Shown one piece after another: positions 28,121 through 36,587 of a DNA stretch of 64,000 nt (the first letter of the stretch is position 1; each line of letters begins with the position of its first letter). The notes beneath the pieces are model-generated. The model searched no databases, had not been told where the DNA came from, and saw only the letters and a program-made list of their open reading frames with translations. The stretch covers positions 12,953 to 76,952 of IMG/VR virus record IMGVR_UViG_2767802086_000001, one strand, 5' to 3'. The position numbers were made by a program, and so were the translations under genes. The stretch is from a virus (taxonomy: Duplodnaviria; Caudoviricetes).

Positions 28121-28630
28121 TCACTGCTTGTTGTTGGTCTTGGCCCATACGCCGCTGGTCTTGCTTTGGACGTTCCGCTGGTCGACGGGCCCGTTGTAGA
28201 CGTTCGTGGTGACTCCGGAACGGGCACGGCTGATCGCTGCGCCAATCGCGGTGGCGAGCATCGCCGCGCCAGCGAACGGCAGGGTGACCATCAGGACGCC
28301 GTTCAGCGTGACCGAGGCGAGGCCCTGCAGGACCAGCCATGCGCCGCAGCCGATGCCGGTGACGCCAGTGCCGACGCCGATGGAGGCGACCGCGATTCCG
28401 GCTGCCCAGGCGGGCACGATCCGCTTGTCGTCCTGCTTCACGGGCGGGGTGTCGCCGATGCGCGGTCCGTCCTCCCACGATGGCAGGTCGGGGTTGTTGT
28501 AGGAGGTCGGCCGTTGTGCGCCGATCTGACTGATGGCGGTCATCATCTGGTTGGCGCGCTCGTTGATTACGGCGTCTCGGTGGGCCTGCCCGGCAGCGGG
28601 GGCGGCGGGCGGCTCGGGCAGGACGGTCAT
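28121..28630 (-). CDS. Spd-like two-TM membrane protein
   Basis: Gly-rich TM hairpin, C-terminal NVYNGPVDQ..SKTSGVWAKT; downstream of traB. Confidence 0.65.
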   Translation of the reverse strand: MTVLPEPPAAPAAGQAHRDAVINERANQMMTAISQIGAQRPTSYNNPDLPSWEDGPRIGDTPPVKQDDKRIVPAWAAGIAVASIGVGTGVTGIGCGAWLVLQGLASVTLNGVLMVTLPFAGAAMLATAIGAAISRARSGVTTNVYNGPVDQRNVQSKTSGVWAKTNNKQ

Positions 28631-28644
28631 GGCGGTGGGTTCTC

Positions 28645-28911
28645 CTATCGGTCGGTGTGATCAGCGGATGGGGCTTTGATCTGCTCGTTGAGCTCGGCAA
28701 CCTCTGTGATCTTCTGGAGGATCGGGCCGAGGTCGAGGGTGAGCGTCATGCGCGCGGGGGTGGCCTTGCGCAGGTCGATGCGGAGTTCCCTGCCGCCGGG
28801 GTCAAGCATGGCGAGGTGGGCATCGAGGAGCTTCTCGGCGGCCTCCAGCAGGGCGTAGATCTCCTGAGCGTTAGTGGCGGTGAACTCGTACTTGGGCGGG
28901 ATGGCGGTCAC
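28645..28911 (-). CDS. Hypothetical protein in transfer operon
   Basis: AGGAG RBS; follows traB. Confidence 0.65.
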   Translation of the reverse strand: MTAIPPKYEFTATNAQEIYALLEAAEKLLDAHLAMLDPGGRELRIDLRKATPARMTLTLDLGPILQKITEVAELNEQIKAPSADHTDR

Positions 28912-28926
28912 GGCGGTCTCCTGGAT

Positions 28927-30927
28927 CTAGGCGGCTTCGGCGAGTTCGGCGGAGTCGACAGGGATGTCGGCGTGGTTGGGGTGCGCCCAGATGCCGCGTT
29001 CTGTGTCCATGGCGCGGCCCTCCCGCTTGAGGCGGGTGAGCGCGCTCTTCACGGCGCCGAGGGTCAGGCGGGTCTCTTGGGCGATGGTGTTGCGACCGAC
29101 GGGCCGTCCGCGCTGCAGGAGGAAGGTGTAGACGGTGTCGTCGGTGCCAGCCGGCGCTTCGGCCTCGATGGCGGCAGTGGCGGCGGCGATCGGGTCTGCG
29201 CTGCTGGCGACCGCGGTCGTGGCGGGGATGGCGTCGTCGGGCAGGCTGACGGTCTCCCCGCGGAGGCGTGCGGCAAGTCGGTCGAGGCGCTCCGTGTAGG
29301 CCTTGCTGGTGCAGGCGGCCGCGGAGGCTTCGATGGTCGGGGTGGTGCCGGTGGTGGCCCAGTGGGCGGGGTCGCGGTCGAAGTGGGCACGGAACATCGC
29401 CTGGCGATTGTCGGGGCCCTTGATGTAGCCGAGTCCGGCCGTGCTGGTCTTGTCGGGCCAGTACATGGGCAGTGCAGATGGGTTGACGTCCCAGCCGGGC
29501 AGGCCGATGGAGTCGGTGAGCGTGCTAGCGGTACGGAACATGACGGTGTTGCCGGACTGCAGCTGCTCGCGGATGTCCGTGGACTCGGGTCCGGAGCCGT
29601 AGTAGTTGGACTTGGGGCCCTGGAAGACGAGGCGCAACTTGATGCCGCATTTGCGGGCCATGAGCACGATCTCGAAGACGAGGTCGACGGCGCCTTGCAG
29701 CTTAAGGACTCGGTGGGCTTCGTCGATGGTGACGGAGATCAGCGGGTCAGGGTCGCCGACGACGAAGTGGTCCCGGCCGCGGAGCTTGCGCCCCTTGTGG
29801 TCGGTGAACTCGAGCAGTGAGTAGCGGGCGGACCGCTCGTACATGATCTTGCGGACCTCGTAGAGCATGGCGAGGCCGCCCTGGGCTGTGTCCTCGTACC
29901 AGTCGACGGACTCCCGCCAACGGGGCAGGGACTGGCCGCCCTGCGGGTCGCACACCCAGGAGACGATCCCGTTGTGGCGCTCCGTGCCGAGGAGCATGTC
30001 GAGGAAGCGGCTCTTGCCGCCGTCTGTTGCGCCGTACACGACGGAGTGCACCGGGCCGGACGGCTTCCAGAACGCGTAGTGCGCGGGCTCCCCGTCGTAG
30101 AAGATGCCGACTTGGGCCTGGCCGGTGGTCATGTCGAGGATCTGCGGGCCCGGGTGATCGGTGCCCTTCTGCAGCGGGTTGCGGTTGAAGACGGCGATGA
30201 TCGCGCGGCGGGCGGACATCCCCACCGCCTTCTCGATCTGGATCATCTCGTCGGGGATGTCGAGGTCCCCCGCGATGTCGTTCATGGCGGACACTGCGCG
30301 GCGCCAGTTGCCCTTCTTCAGGACGATCACACCGGTCCAGCCGTAGTCGGTGGTGATGACGTTGACGAGCGTCGAGCCAGGCAGGGAGCCGTCGGAGCAG
30401 GCGACCTTGTCCTGCCAGGCCTTCATCTGCTCGGTGAGGTCGAGGACGGGCGCCGCAGTGCGCCGGCCGCGCCGCCACCAGTAGATGCCGTGACCAAGGC
30501 CCCAGGCGACGAGGAGCGCCGGGAAGGGGCTGTCGCCGATCTGCACGCCGCCGGTGGCGGCCATGGCGGTGACGAGGCCTCCTCCGCTGGTGGCGGCGGA
30601 CACGGCGCCAATGAAGTCGTTGCGGGCCGGGAGCCTCTTACGGAGACGCTTCTTGCCGACACGGCCTTCCCAGCGGCCCCAAGCGGTGGTGACGACTGCG
30701 CTCGTGACGGTTGCGGCGACAGCGGTCTTCCAGCCGTCCGGAGCCGTAGCCAGGACGGTGCCACTGAGGGCGAGGGCGCTGGTGGCGTAGACGGGGGCCA
30801 TGCCGCGGCGTGTGCGGTAGGCGAGGCGCATCGCGCGACGGGCCGGCTTCGTGGTCCGCTTCTTCTTCGGGCCAGCCGCGACGGGGGCTGCCGTGACGGT
30901 CTTCTCGGCGGTGATGGTCTGCGGCAT
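28927..30927 (-). CDS. traB: TraB-type FtsK/SpoIIIE DNA translocase
   Basis: N-terminal TM helices, GATDGGKS Walker A, VTIDEAH Walker B, ARKCGIKLRLVFQ, C-terminal winged helix. Confidence 0.85.
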   Translation of the reverse strand: MPQTITAEKTVTAAPVAAGPKKKRTTKPARRAMRLAYRTRRGMAPVYATSALALSGTVLATAPDGWKTAVAATVTSAVVTTAWGRWEGRVGKKRLRKRLPARNDFIGAVSAATSGGGLVTAMAATGGVQIGDSPFPALLVAWGLGHGIYWWRRGRRTAAPVLDLTEQMKAWQDKVACSDGSLPGSTLVNVITTDYGWTGVIVLKKGNWRRAVSAMNDIAGDLDIPDEMIQIEKAVGMSARRAIIAVFNRNPLQKGTDHPGPQILDMTTGQAQVGIFYDGEPAHYAFWKPSGPVHSVVYGATDGGKSRFLDMLLGTERHNGIVSWVCDPQGGQSLPRWRESVDWYEDTAQGGLAMLYEVRKIMYERSARYSLLEFTDHKGRKLRGRDHFVVGDPDPLISVTIDEAHRVLKLQGAVDLVFEIVLMARKCGIKLRLVFQGPKSNYYGSGPESTDIREQLQSGNTVMFRTASTLTDSIGLPGWDVNPSALPMYWPDKTSTAGLGYIKGPDNRQAMFRAHFDRDPAHWATTGTTPTIEASAAACTSKAYTERLDRLAARLRGETVSLPDDAIPATTAVASSADPIAAATAAIEAEAPAGTDDTVYTFLLQRGRPVGRNTIAQETRLTLGAVKSALTRLKREGRAMDTERGIWAHPNHADIPVDSAELAEAA

Positions 30928-30996
30928 GGCGGCTGTCTCTCCTGTGAGTGCGAGGGGCGGGGCGGCCCCGGCAGGTAGCCGGGGCCGCGGGGGCGG

Positions 30997-31902
30997 TCAG
31001 GCGTCGGCGGTGTACGCCTGCTTGGAGGCCATCCGTCCGCCCTGGGCGGCGACGGCCTCCTGGATGTTGGAGTGGCGGTCGTGGATGTTCTTGGAGGACT
31101 GGGCAGCGAGGGCGGCGGCGTCGAGCGCGGCCTTCTGGTAGGCGAGGGCGGCGGCCTGGGCGGCGATCGCCAGGTCGCGGAGGGCGGACAGTTCGTCGAG
31201 CGAGCCGCCGTCGTCACCGAACTCCAGCGCGGTGGCCTGCTCGATCGCGGCCTCAATGGCGGCGAGCTCGTCCACGGTGCGCTGGGCGAGTGAGCTGACT
31301 TCCTCGGCGCTGACGTTCTTCTCGGAGGCGTAGCGGGCGACGAACGCCTTGAGCGTGTCGACGCCGGTGATCTCCTGGAGCTGGGCGATGGCCATGGTTC
31401 CTCCTGTGGTGGATGCGGTGGTGGGGTCGATCTCGGGGTCGTCGTTCTTGATCAGGACGAAGGCGCGGGACTCGGGGCCGGTCGGCTTCGGGTCGGCCGC
31501 CGGCTTTGTGGCGGTGGGAGCTTCAGCCGGCTTCGGGATGGTCGTGATGGGGGTCTCGGTCTTGGCGGGGTCGGTCTTGGCGACGGGTGCGCCGTCCGGG
31601 CCGATGTCCTCGCCGATCGCCAGCTCGGGCTCCGGCTCGTAGCGGCCGAACTTGGTGGCGGCCCGCTTCTTCGCCTTGGGCCACTCGCGCTTCCAGCCGC
31701 GCATGAAGCCCCGCCAGAACGTTCCGGTGGCGGTCGCTCCTGTCGCCGTCCATGCCGCCAACTTGGCGCCGGTGCGGCGACCGTTCTTCTTGGCGGATTT
31801 GGCGATGCGCTTCTTGTGGTCCTTGGAGACGTCGGCCATGCCGTTCTCGATGCCGCGAGCGCAGGCGTAGGCGATGGCCAGCAGGATGATGAGTCCGAGC
31901 AT
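30997..31902 (-). CDS. Membrane-anchored coiled-coil protein of transfer operon
   Basis: N-terminal TM, Pro-rich linker, helical C-terminus; start corrected to ATG 31902. Confidence 0.7.
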   Translation of the reverse strand: MLGLIILLAIAYACARGIENGMADVSKDHKKRIAKSAKKNGRRTGAKLAAWTATGATATGTFWRGFMRGWKREWPKAKKRAATKFGRYEPEPELAIGEDIGPDGAPVAKTDPAKTETPITTIPKPAEAPTATKPAADPKPTGPESRAFVLIKNDDPEIDPTTASTTGGTMAIAQLQEITGVDTLKAFVARYASEKNVSAEEVSSLAQRTVDELAAIEAAIEQATALEFGDDGGSLDELSALRDLAIAAQAAALAYQKAALDAAALAAQSSKNIHDRHSNIQEAVAAQGGRMASKQAYTADA

Positions 31903-31904
31903 GG

Positions 31905-32372
31905 TCAGCCCCCCATCAGCCACATGACGAGGGATCCGACCTGCGTGGCGATGAAGCCGAGCGCCTTGGACGCCCCTTCGCCAAGTACGCCGGGGATCAT
32001 GACGGTGAGCGTGGGCGTGAACGCCGCGAGCAGTAGGGTGCGAGCCTTGACGCCGTTCACGAAGTCGCTGATCAGCCAGATCAGGGCGGCGAGGGCCAGC
32101 GCGAACGTGATCCCGAAGCCGGTCCACTCGCCTGCCAGCCCGTCAACGAACCCGTCGACGGCGGTTGTGGCCTGGTTGATGAGCTGGCCGACGGGGGTGG
32201 AGACGAGGCCGATGGATGCGGTCAGGACGAGCAGGACTTGAATCTGCGGGCTCTTGATCTTCGCGGTGAAGCGGTTGATCCATGGGAGCCGGTCGGCGAC
32301 GTAGAGCACGCCGGCTGTTCCTAGGCAGGTTCCGCCTGTTGCGGCGGAGATCCCTGCGTCAATCATGGGCAT
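31905..32372 (-). CDS. Multi-TM membrane protein of transfer operon
   Basis: 4-5 hydrophobic segments. Confidence 0.75.
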   Translation of the reverse strand: MPMIDAGISAATGGTCLGTAGVLYVADRLPWINRFTAKIKSPQIQVLLVLTASIGLVSTPVGQLINQATTAVDGFVDGLAGEWTGFGITFALALAALIWLISDFVNGVKARTLLLAAFTPTLTVMIPGVLGEGASKALGFIATQVGSLVMWLMGG

Positions 32373-32503
32373 TTTCGGGTTCCCCCTTGTGGTTACGGTG
32401 GGTTAGTGGTTTCCTCGCGTGCGCGCGGGCGCGAGCAGGCGCGTTGAGATCTCGATGGCTCGCCCGGAACGGCTTGAGCCGTTCCTTGAGCCATTACGTT
32501 CGG

Positions 32504-32740
32504 TTAGGTGTCGGCGATGGACTGGCGAAGCTGGTCGAGGAGCTGGACCGCCTTGCTGGCGGCGTCCGCCCGTTCGGCTTCGGGGAGGCGAGCGATCACC
32601 GCCCGGAGTTGATCGACCGCCACGGGAAGGGTCGTCAGAGGGCCTTGCTGCTCGGCGGACTTGCGGCGATCACCCATGTGCTGGGCGGAGCGCGCCTGCC
32701 GGGCAGCGAGTCGGGGGCGGCGGGTTCGAGTGATGGTCAT
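32504..32740 (-). CDS. Small hypothetical protein
   Basis: GAGGA RBS; helical. Confidence 0.65.
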   Translation of the reverse strand: MTITRTRRPRLAARQARSAQHMGDRRKSAEQQGPLTTLPVAVDQLRAVIARLPEAERADAASKAVQLLDQLRQSIADT

Positions 32741-32747
32741 CGCGTCC

Positions 32748-33833
32748 TCAGTCGTTCAGGGCGGGGAGGTCGATGCGGTCGAGGATTTCGGTGCGGATGT
32801 TCTTCGCCGACGAGTCGGAGGGCCGGCCGTGGCCTGCCTGGCTGATCGCGTCGGCGAACTCGCTCGCGGTCGGGTTGCGCTTCAGCCGCTTGAACTCGGC
32901 GTGGAAGATCGGCTCGGCGAGCGCCACCCACTCGGCCATCGACCGTCGCGGGGCCTTCTCGGCGGCCGGCTTCTGGCGCAACTTGGCGGGGGCCTTCTTG
33001 GCGACAGCTGCCGTCTTCTTGGCGGGTGCTTCTGTCGCCTTCTTGGCGGCGCCAGAAGTGGCGTTCTGGCGCTCGTTCTGGCGGTCGCTTTTGGCGGGGG
33101 CGTTGTCGCCAACTGGCGGCACGACCGGAGCCAACTTGGCGGGCGCTTCCTGGCGGGGCGCTGTCGCCAGAACGGGTACCGCCGCGGTCGCCTGCTGGCG
33201 GTCACTGCGGCGCTGGCTCGGCTCGCGCTTGGCCTTCGCCGGGGCGGTGATGGTGTGCATGCGCCAGAGGATCAGCGAGGCGACCGAGGCGACGATGGCG
33301 ATCAGCCACCACTTCGGGTCGGTCTTGCCGTCGTGGCCCGGGTCGACGCCGAAGAGTCCGGCGTCGGCCAGGTGGTAAATGACGTTGGCGGCGATGGTGA
33401 GGCCGATCGCCTGCATGACGTCGCGGTGCCGACGGAAGGCCTGGATGACGTACACGTCGATCACGAGCGGCAGGAGCCAGGCCACGCCCCCGTCGAAGCC
33501 GACCATCCTGGCGAGCTCGAACTCTCCGCTCGCGGTGAGACCGACAGCACCGGCGATGACGGCCCGGGCGGACCAGGTGTCGAGGTTGTCGTCGCGCTTC
33601 TGGCGCTTGGCGGTCTCGGCATTGGCCGCTTCGCGAATCTGGTCGGCCTCGCCATTGGCGGAAGCGAGGACCCGGGTGCGCAACCCCTGCGCCTCTGCAG
33701 CGGCGGTCTCGCGGATCTCCCTCGCGTCGGCCTTGGCCGCGGCAAGGAGCGTGTCGGCCTCAGCCTGTGCTGCGGCGGCGTGCTCGTCAGGGCGGGGCAG
33801 CGGCAGGGGGTGGAAGTCGTCGGGCGAGAACAC
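32748..33833 (-). CDS. SpdA/SpdB-like (DUF2637-type) membrane protein with C-terminal HTH
   Basis: Coiled coil, ELARMVG..AWLLPLVID, 4 TM, low-complexity linker, PTASEFADAI..SAKNIR. Confidence 0.7.
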   Translation of the reverse strand: MFSPDDFHPLPLPRPDEHAAAAQAEADTLLAAAKADAREIRETAAAEAQGLRTRVLASANGEADQIREAANAETAKRQKRDDNLDTWSARAVIAGAVGLTASGEFELARMVGFDGGVAWLLPLVIDVYVIQAFRRHRDVMQAIGLTIAANVIYHLADAGLFGVDPGHDGKTDPKWWLIAIVASVASLILWRMHTITAPAKAKREPSQRRSDRQQATAAVPVLATAPRQEAPAKLAPVVPPVGDNAPAKSDRQNERQNATSGAAKKATEAPAKKTAAVAKKAPAKLRQKPAAEKAPRRSMAEWVALAEPIFHAEFKRLKRNPTASEFADAISQAGHGRPSDSSAKNIRTEILDRIDLPALND

Positions 33834-33877
33834 GGGCCCTCCTCTCGGGTGGGATGGTGGCGACAGGGCGGGCGGGG

Positions 33878-34159
33878 TCAGGCGGCCTGGTCGAAGCGCC
33901 CGGACAGGGCGTCGAGCTCGTTGAGCTCGTCGATGAGGCGCGGGCCGAAGCGCTGGGCGGCGTCGTGCTCCTTGGCCAGGCCTCGCAGCCAGTGCCGGGT
34001 CCCGGAGTCACCGCGAGCGGCGATGTACCGGGTGACGATCTCGCTGGGCTCGATCCCGTCCGCCTCCTCTCGTGCGAGGCCGATGTCGGCGACGAGGATC
34101 CGCTTGCGGAGGTCCCGGATGTCGGCGGAGAACGTGGCGAAGTCAGCGTTGAACAGCAT
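33878..34159 (-). CDS. Hypothetical protein
   Basis: ORF with typical codon bias in transfer operon. Confidence 0.6.
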   Translation of the reverse strand: MLFNADFATFSADIRDLRKRILVADIGLAREEADGIEPSEIVTRYIAARGDSGTRHWLRGLAKEHDAAQRFGPRLIDELNELDALSGRFDQAA

Positions 34160-34251
34160 TGGGGTGCCCTTCGATCGGTACGTGGATGAGGTGGAGAGCC
34201 GCGGTCGCGAGGGAGCTGGGGGCTCGCCGCGCGACCGCGGCGGTATGGGGG

Positions 34252-34584
34252 CTAGCGGCGGCGAGCGGCCTCTTCGCCGATGTCATGGACGTCGAGCCCC
34301 AACGTCGAGGCCTCGTCCTGCAGTCGGTGCGACTCGGCTACGGCCGCCTGCCAGAACCGGTCGCCGGTGTGGTCCTGCCCCTTGGCGTTGAGGTCGGCGG
34401 CGATGCGGAGGCACACGTTCATCTGGTCGGCCGCGGCGCCGAGCGCGCTGGCGGTACGGGCACGGTCGGCAATCTGGCTCTGCAGCCAGGCGGGCGTTCC
34501 GGGCATGACGGTCTCCTTGATGCGGTGGGCGGCGACGTGGATGGGGTGGAGTACCGCGCCCGTGCCGGGGCTGGGGGTGGTCAC
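34252..34584 (-). CDS. Hypothetical protein
   Basis: ORF with typical codon bias. Confidence 0.6.
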   Translation of the reverse strand: MTTPSPGTGAVLHPIHVAAHRIKETVMPGTPAWLQSQIADRARTASALGAAADQMNVCLRIAADLNAKGQDHTGDRFWQAAVAESHRLQDEASTLGLDVHDIGEEAARRR

Positions 34585-34609
34585 CGGCGCAGGCGCGGCG
34601 ATCTGTGGG

Positions 34610-34774
34610 TTAGCGGCGGGTGCGCTGCTGGCGGGCGAACGTGGCGCGGGATTCCGCGGCGGACTCGTAGTCGCGGCGGCAAGCGGCGATCGTGGCCGGC
34701 TCTTCGACGATGCTGCTCGGCTTGGGGGGCTTGGTCGCCTTGTCGGCGACGCCCCGGTCGCGGAGCACGGTCAC
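34610..34774 (-). CDS. Small hypothetical protein (54 aa)
   Basis: Not in track; GTGA overlap; SIVEEPATIAACRRDYE. Confidence 0.5.
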   Translation of the reverse strand: MTVLRDRGVADKATKPPKPSSIVEEPATIAACRRDYESAAESRATFARQQRTRR

Positions 34775-34995
34775 CGCTCCGAGAGCTGAGCGAGCTCGGC
34801 CTGCGCCTGCGCCAGCTGGTCGAAATCGGCCGGCGTCATGGTGCGGGCGTCCATCGCGGACAGACGGGCGATCTCGTCCCGGCAGATCCTGGTGCGGACC
34901 GAAACCCGGTCGGTGGTGCGGACGTGCGACGCGGCAGCGTGGGCGTCGGTGTCCGTGGACGTCATCGGGAAGGCGGGAGCGATCGAGGGGGTCAT
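34771..34995 (-). CDS. Small hypothetical protein
   Basis: ATGA overlap with upstream gene. Confidence 0.55.
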   Translation of the reverse strand: MTPSIAPAFPMTSTDTDAHAAASHVRTTDRVSVRTRICRDEIARLSAMDARTMTPADFDQLAQAQAELAQLSER

Positions 34996-35312
34996 GACGT
35001 CACCGCCCGACGGACGCTGCGAACGATCTGGGTGGCGGGCCAGAGGATGCGTCCGATGCGGGCGCGGATTCGCTGGGGGCGCTCCAGCCTGTGGGCGGCG
35101 GACCGGTGTGCGGCGGCGAGGCGGTAGTAGCTGGCCTGTACGGCCTTCGCCTCTGCCAGCTCGTCGGCCGACATCAAGCCAGCCGAGCGCCGGACCGAGA
35201 TGCTGCGAGCGGCACTCTCGGCACGCCGCATCGCGGCGTAGTGCCAGTTCGGGGTGCGGCCCGGGGCGGTGATGGTCGCGGCGGGGGCGCCGGTAAGCTT
35301 GCGTGCAGCCAT
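34992..35312 (-). CDS. Basic hypothetical protein, first gene of transfer operon
   Basis: GAGGA RBS; start corrected to ATG 35312. Confidence 0.55.
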   Translation of the reverse strand: MAARKLTGAPAATITAPGRTPNWHYAAMRRAESAARSISVRRSAGLMSADELAEAKAVQASYYRLAAAHRSAAHRLERPQRIRARIGRILWPATQIVRSVRRAVTS

Positions 35313-35438
35313 CAGGGGTCCTCTCAAAGATCCTGGTGGTGAGGGCCGGCCCGCGATGTAGGAGTCGCGGTGTCCGGCCCGTTTGCAGTTGTGGGGCGCT
35401 GCTCTCGGACGAGTCCGGTAGGAGTGAGCAGCACCGTC

Positions 35439-35543
35439 TCTCAAATTGGAACTTGAGAAGCGGCTACGAGGTAGACAGTAGGCGCCTCGGCACGCGCAGT
35501 CAAGACGTGTCTTGAGAGAGTGTCGGAACACCTCTACTCTCAA
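35439..35543. promoter_or_regulatory. Operator pair TCAA-N8-TTGA in divergent promoter
   Basis: TCTCAAattggaacTTGAGA (35439-35458), TCAAgacgtgtcTTGA (35500-35515), half site 35537-35543. Confidence 0.6.
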
Positions 35544-35546
35544 CCC

Positions 35547-35789
35547 ATGACCGATTCCCTGGACGCCGCCTTCGCCCCGCTGCACGCCCGCCTCAGAGCC
35601 ATCAGCGACCTCAGCGAGCGCTACAAGGCCATCCGGGAAGCCGAGGAGACGTTCGAGCACCTCAAGCGAACCCATCTCCAAGAGGTCGCCCAAGGTCTCC
35701 GCGCCGAAGGGAAGAAGTGGAAGGAGGTCGCCGCGATCATGGGTGGCGTCTCCTACCAAAGGGCCTTCCAGTACGGCCGAGGCGAGTGA
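35547..35789 (+). CDS. Small HTH regulator (candidate Kor/TraR analogue)
   Basis: LRAEGKKWKEVAAIMGGVSYQRAFQY; divergent from transfer operon. Confidence 0.75.
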   Translation: MTDSLDAAFAPLHARLRAISDLSERYKAIREAEETFEHLKRTHLQEVAQGLRAEGKKWKEVAAIMGGVSYQRAFQYGRGE

Positions 35790-35951
35790 GCGGGACGTCT
35801 TCATGCCTTCGAGTCAACGCCCAGGCGCGTTACCGAACCATGAGCGCCGGCTGCACCTAGCAGCACAGTTCCGCGCCGACCGGAACGCTTCCGGCACGGA
35901 ATCGGTACGCACCACGAAGTACGCCACCAACGACACAGCTGGGGCCGGATA

Positions 35952-36587
35952 GTGGACGTCATTGATGCATGGGACGGGCGGAAAGCGTGCGCGCTACAGC
36001 AGGCGTTCCGCTTGACGCAGGAAGGGTTCGCCGAGCACCTCGGCGTATCTGTGCGGACGGTTGGGAAGTGGCATGCCGAGCCCGACGCAGAGCCTCGCCC
36101 GGACATGCAGCAGATCCTCGATATCGCCTACGGAAGGGCCGACCCGACTGTGCAGAGACGTTTCCGTCTTCTGATCCGCCCGCCGGAGACTCCCAGCTTG
36201 GGGCAGGCTCTTCGGGTGGCCATCACGGTGGTGGTCCGTGGCGATGACGTGCTCCTGGTTTGCCGTCGCGGCGACGCTTCCCTGTCCTGGCAGTTCCCGG
36301 CCGGGATGGTGAAGCCGGGCGGTTCGCCGGAGACCGTCGCCGTACAGGAGACCCTGGCCGAGACGGGCGTGCACTGCGCGATCCGGCAGCATCTCGGTGG
36401 CCGGCTGCACCCCGTCACTGGCGTCGTTGCCGAGTACTACCTTGCCGAGCACCTGATGGGCGAGGCCGCGAACCGGGACCCGCAGGAAAACGTCGACGTG
36501 ACGTGGGTGCCTCGCGCATCTCTGACCCGTTTCATACCCGCAGACCGCATCTACGAGCCGATCTTGAGCGCCTTGGAGGCCGCGTGA
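35952..36587 (+). CDS. XRE-HTH fused to degenerate Nudix domain
   Basis: LTQEGFAEHLGVSVRTVGKW; WQFPAGMVKPGGSPETVAVQETLAETGV. Confidence 0.85.
   Translation: MDVIDAWDGRKACALQQAFRLTQEGFAEHLGVSVRTVGKWHAEPDAEPRPDMQQILDIAYGRADPTVQRRFRLLIRPPETPSLGQALRVAITVVVRGDDVLLVCRRGDASLSWQFPAGMVKPGGSPETVAVQETLAETGVHCAIRQHLGGRLHPVTGVVAEYYLAEHLMGEAANRDPQENVDVTWVPRASLTRFIPADRIYEPILSALEAA

Noticed and set aside
28927-30927. Type VII secretion EccC or chromosomal FtsK
   Set aside because: Single ATPase domain with C-terminal wHTH and Spd-like neighbours; no WXG100, EccB/D or mycosin genes
32375-32500. Possible clt locus in the intergenic gap (GGTTA and CTTGAGCC repeats)
   Set aside because: Only two exact 8-mer copies; too weak to call
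32661-34391. 576-aa plus-strand ORF
   Set aside because: Antisense to well-formed transfer-operon genes; composition typical of a shadow frame
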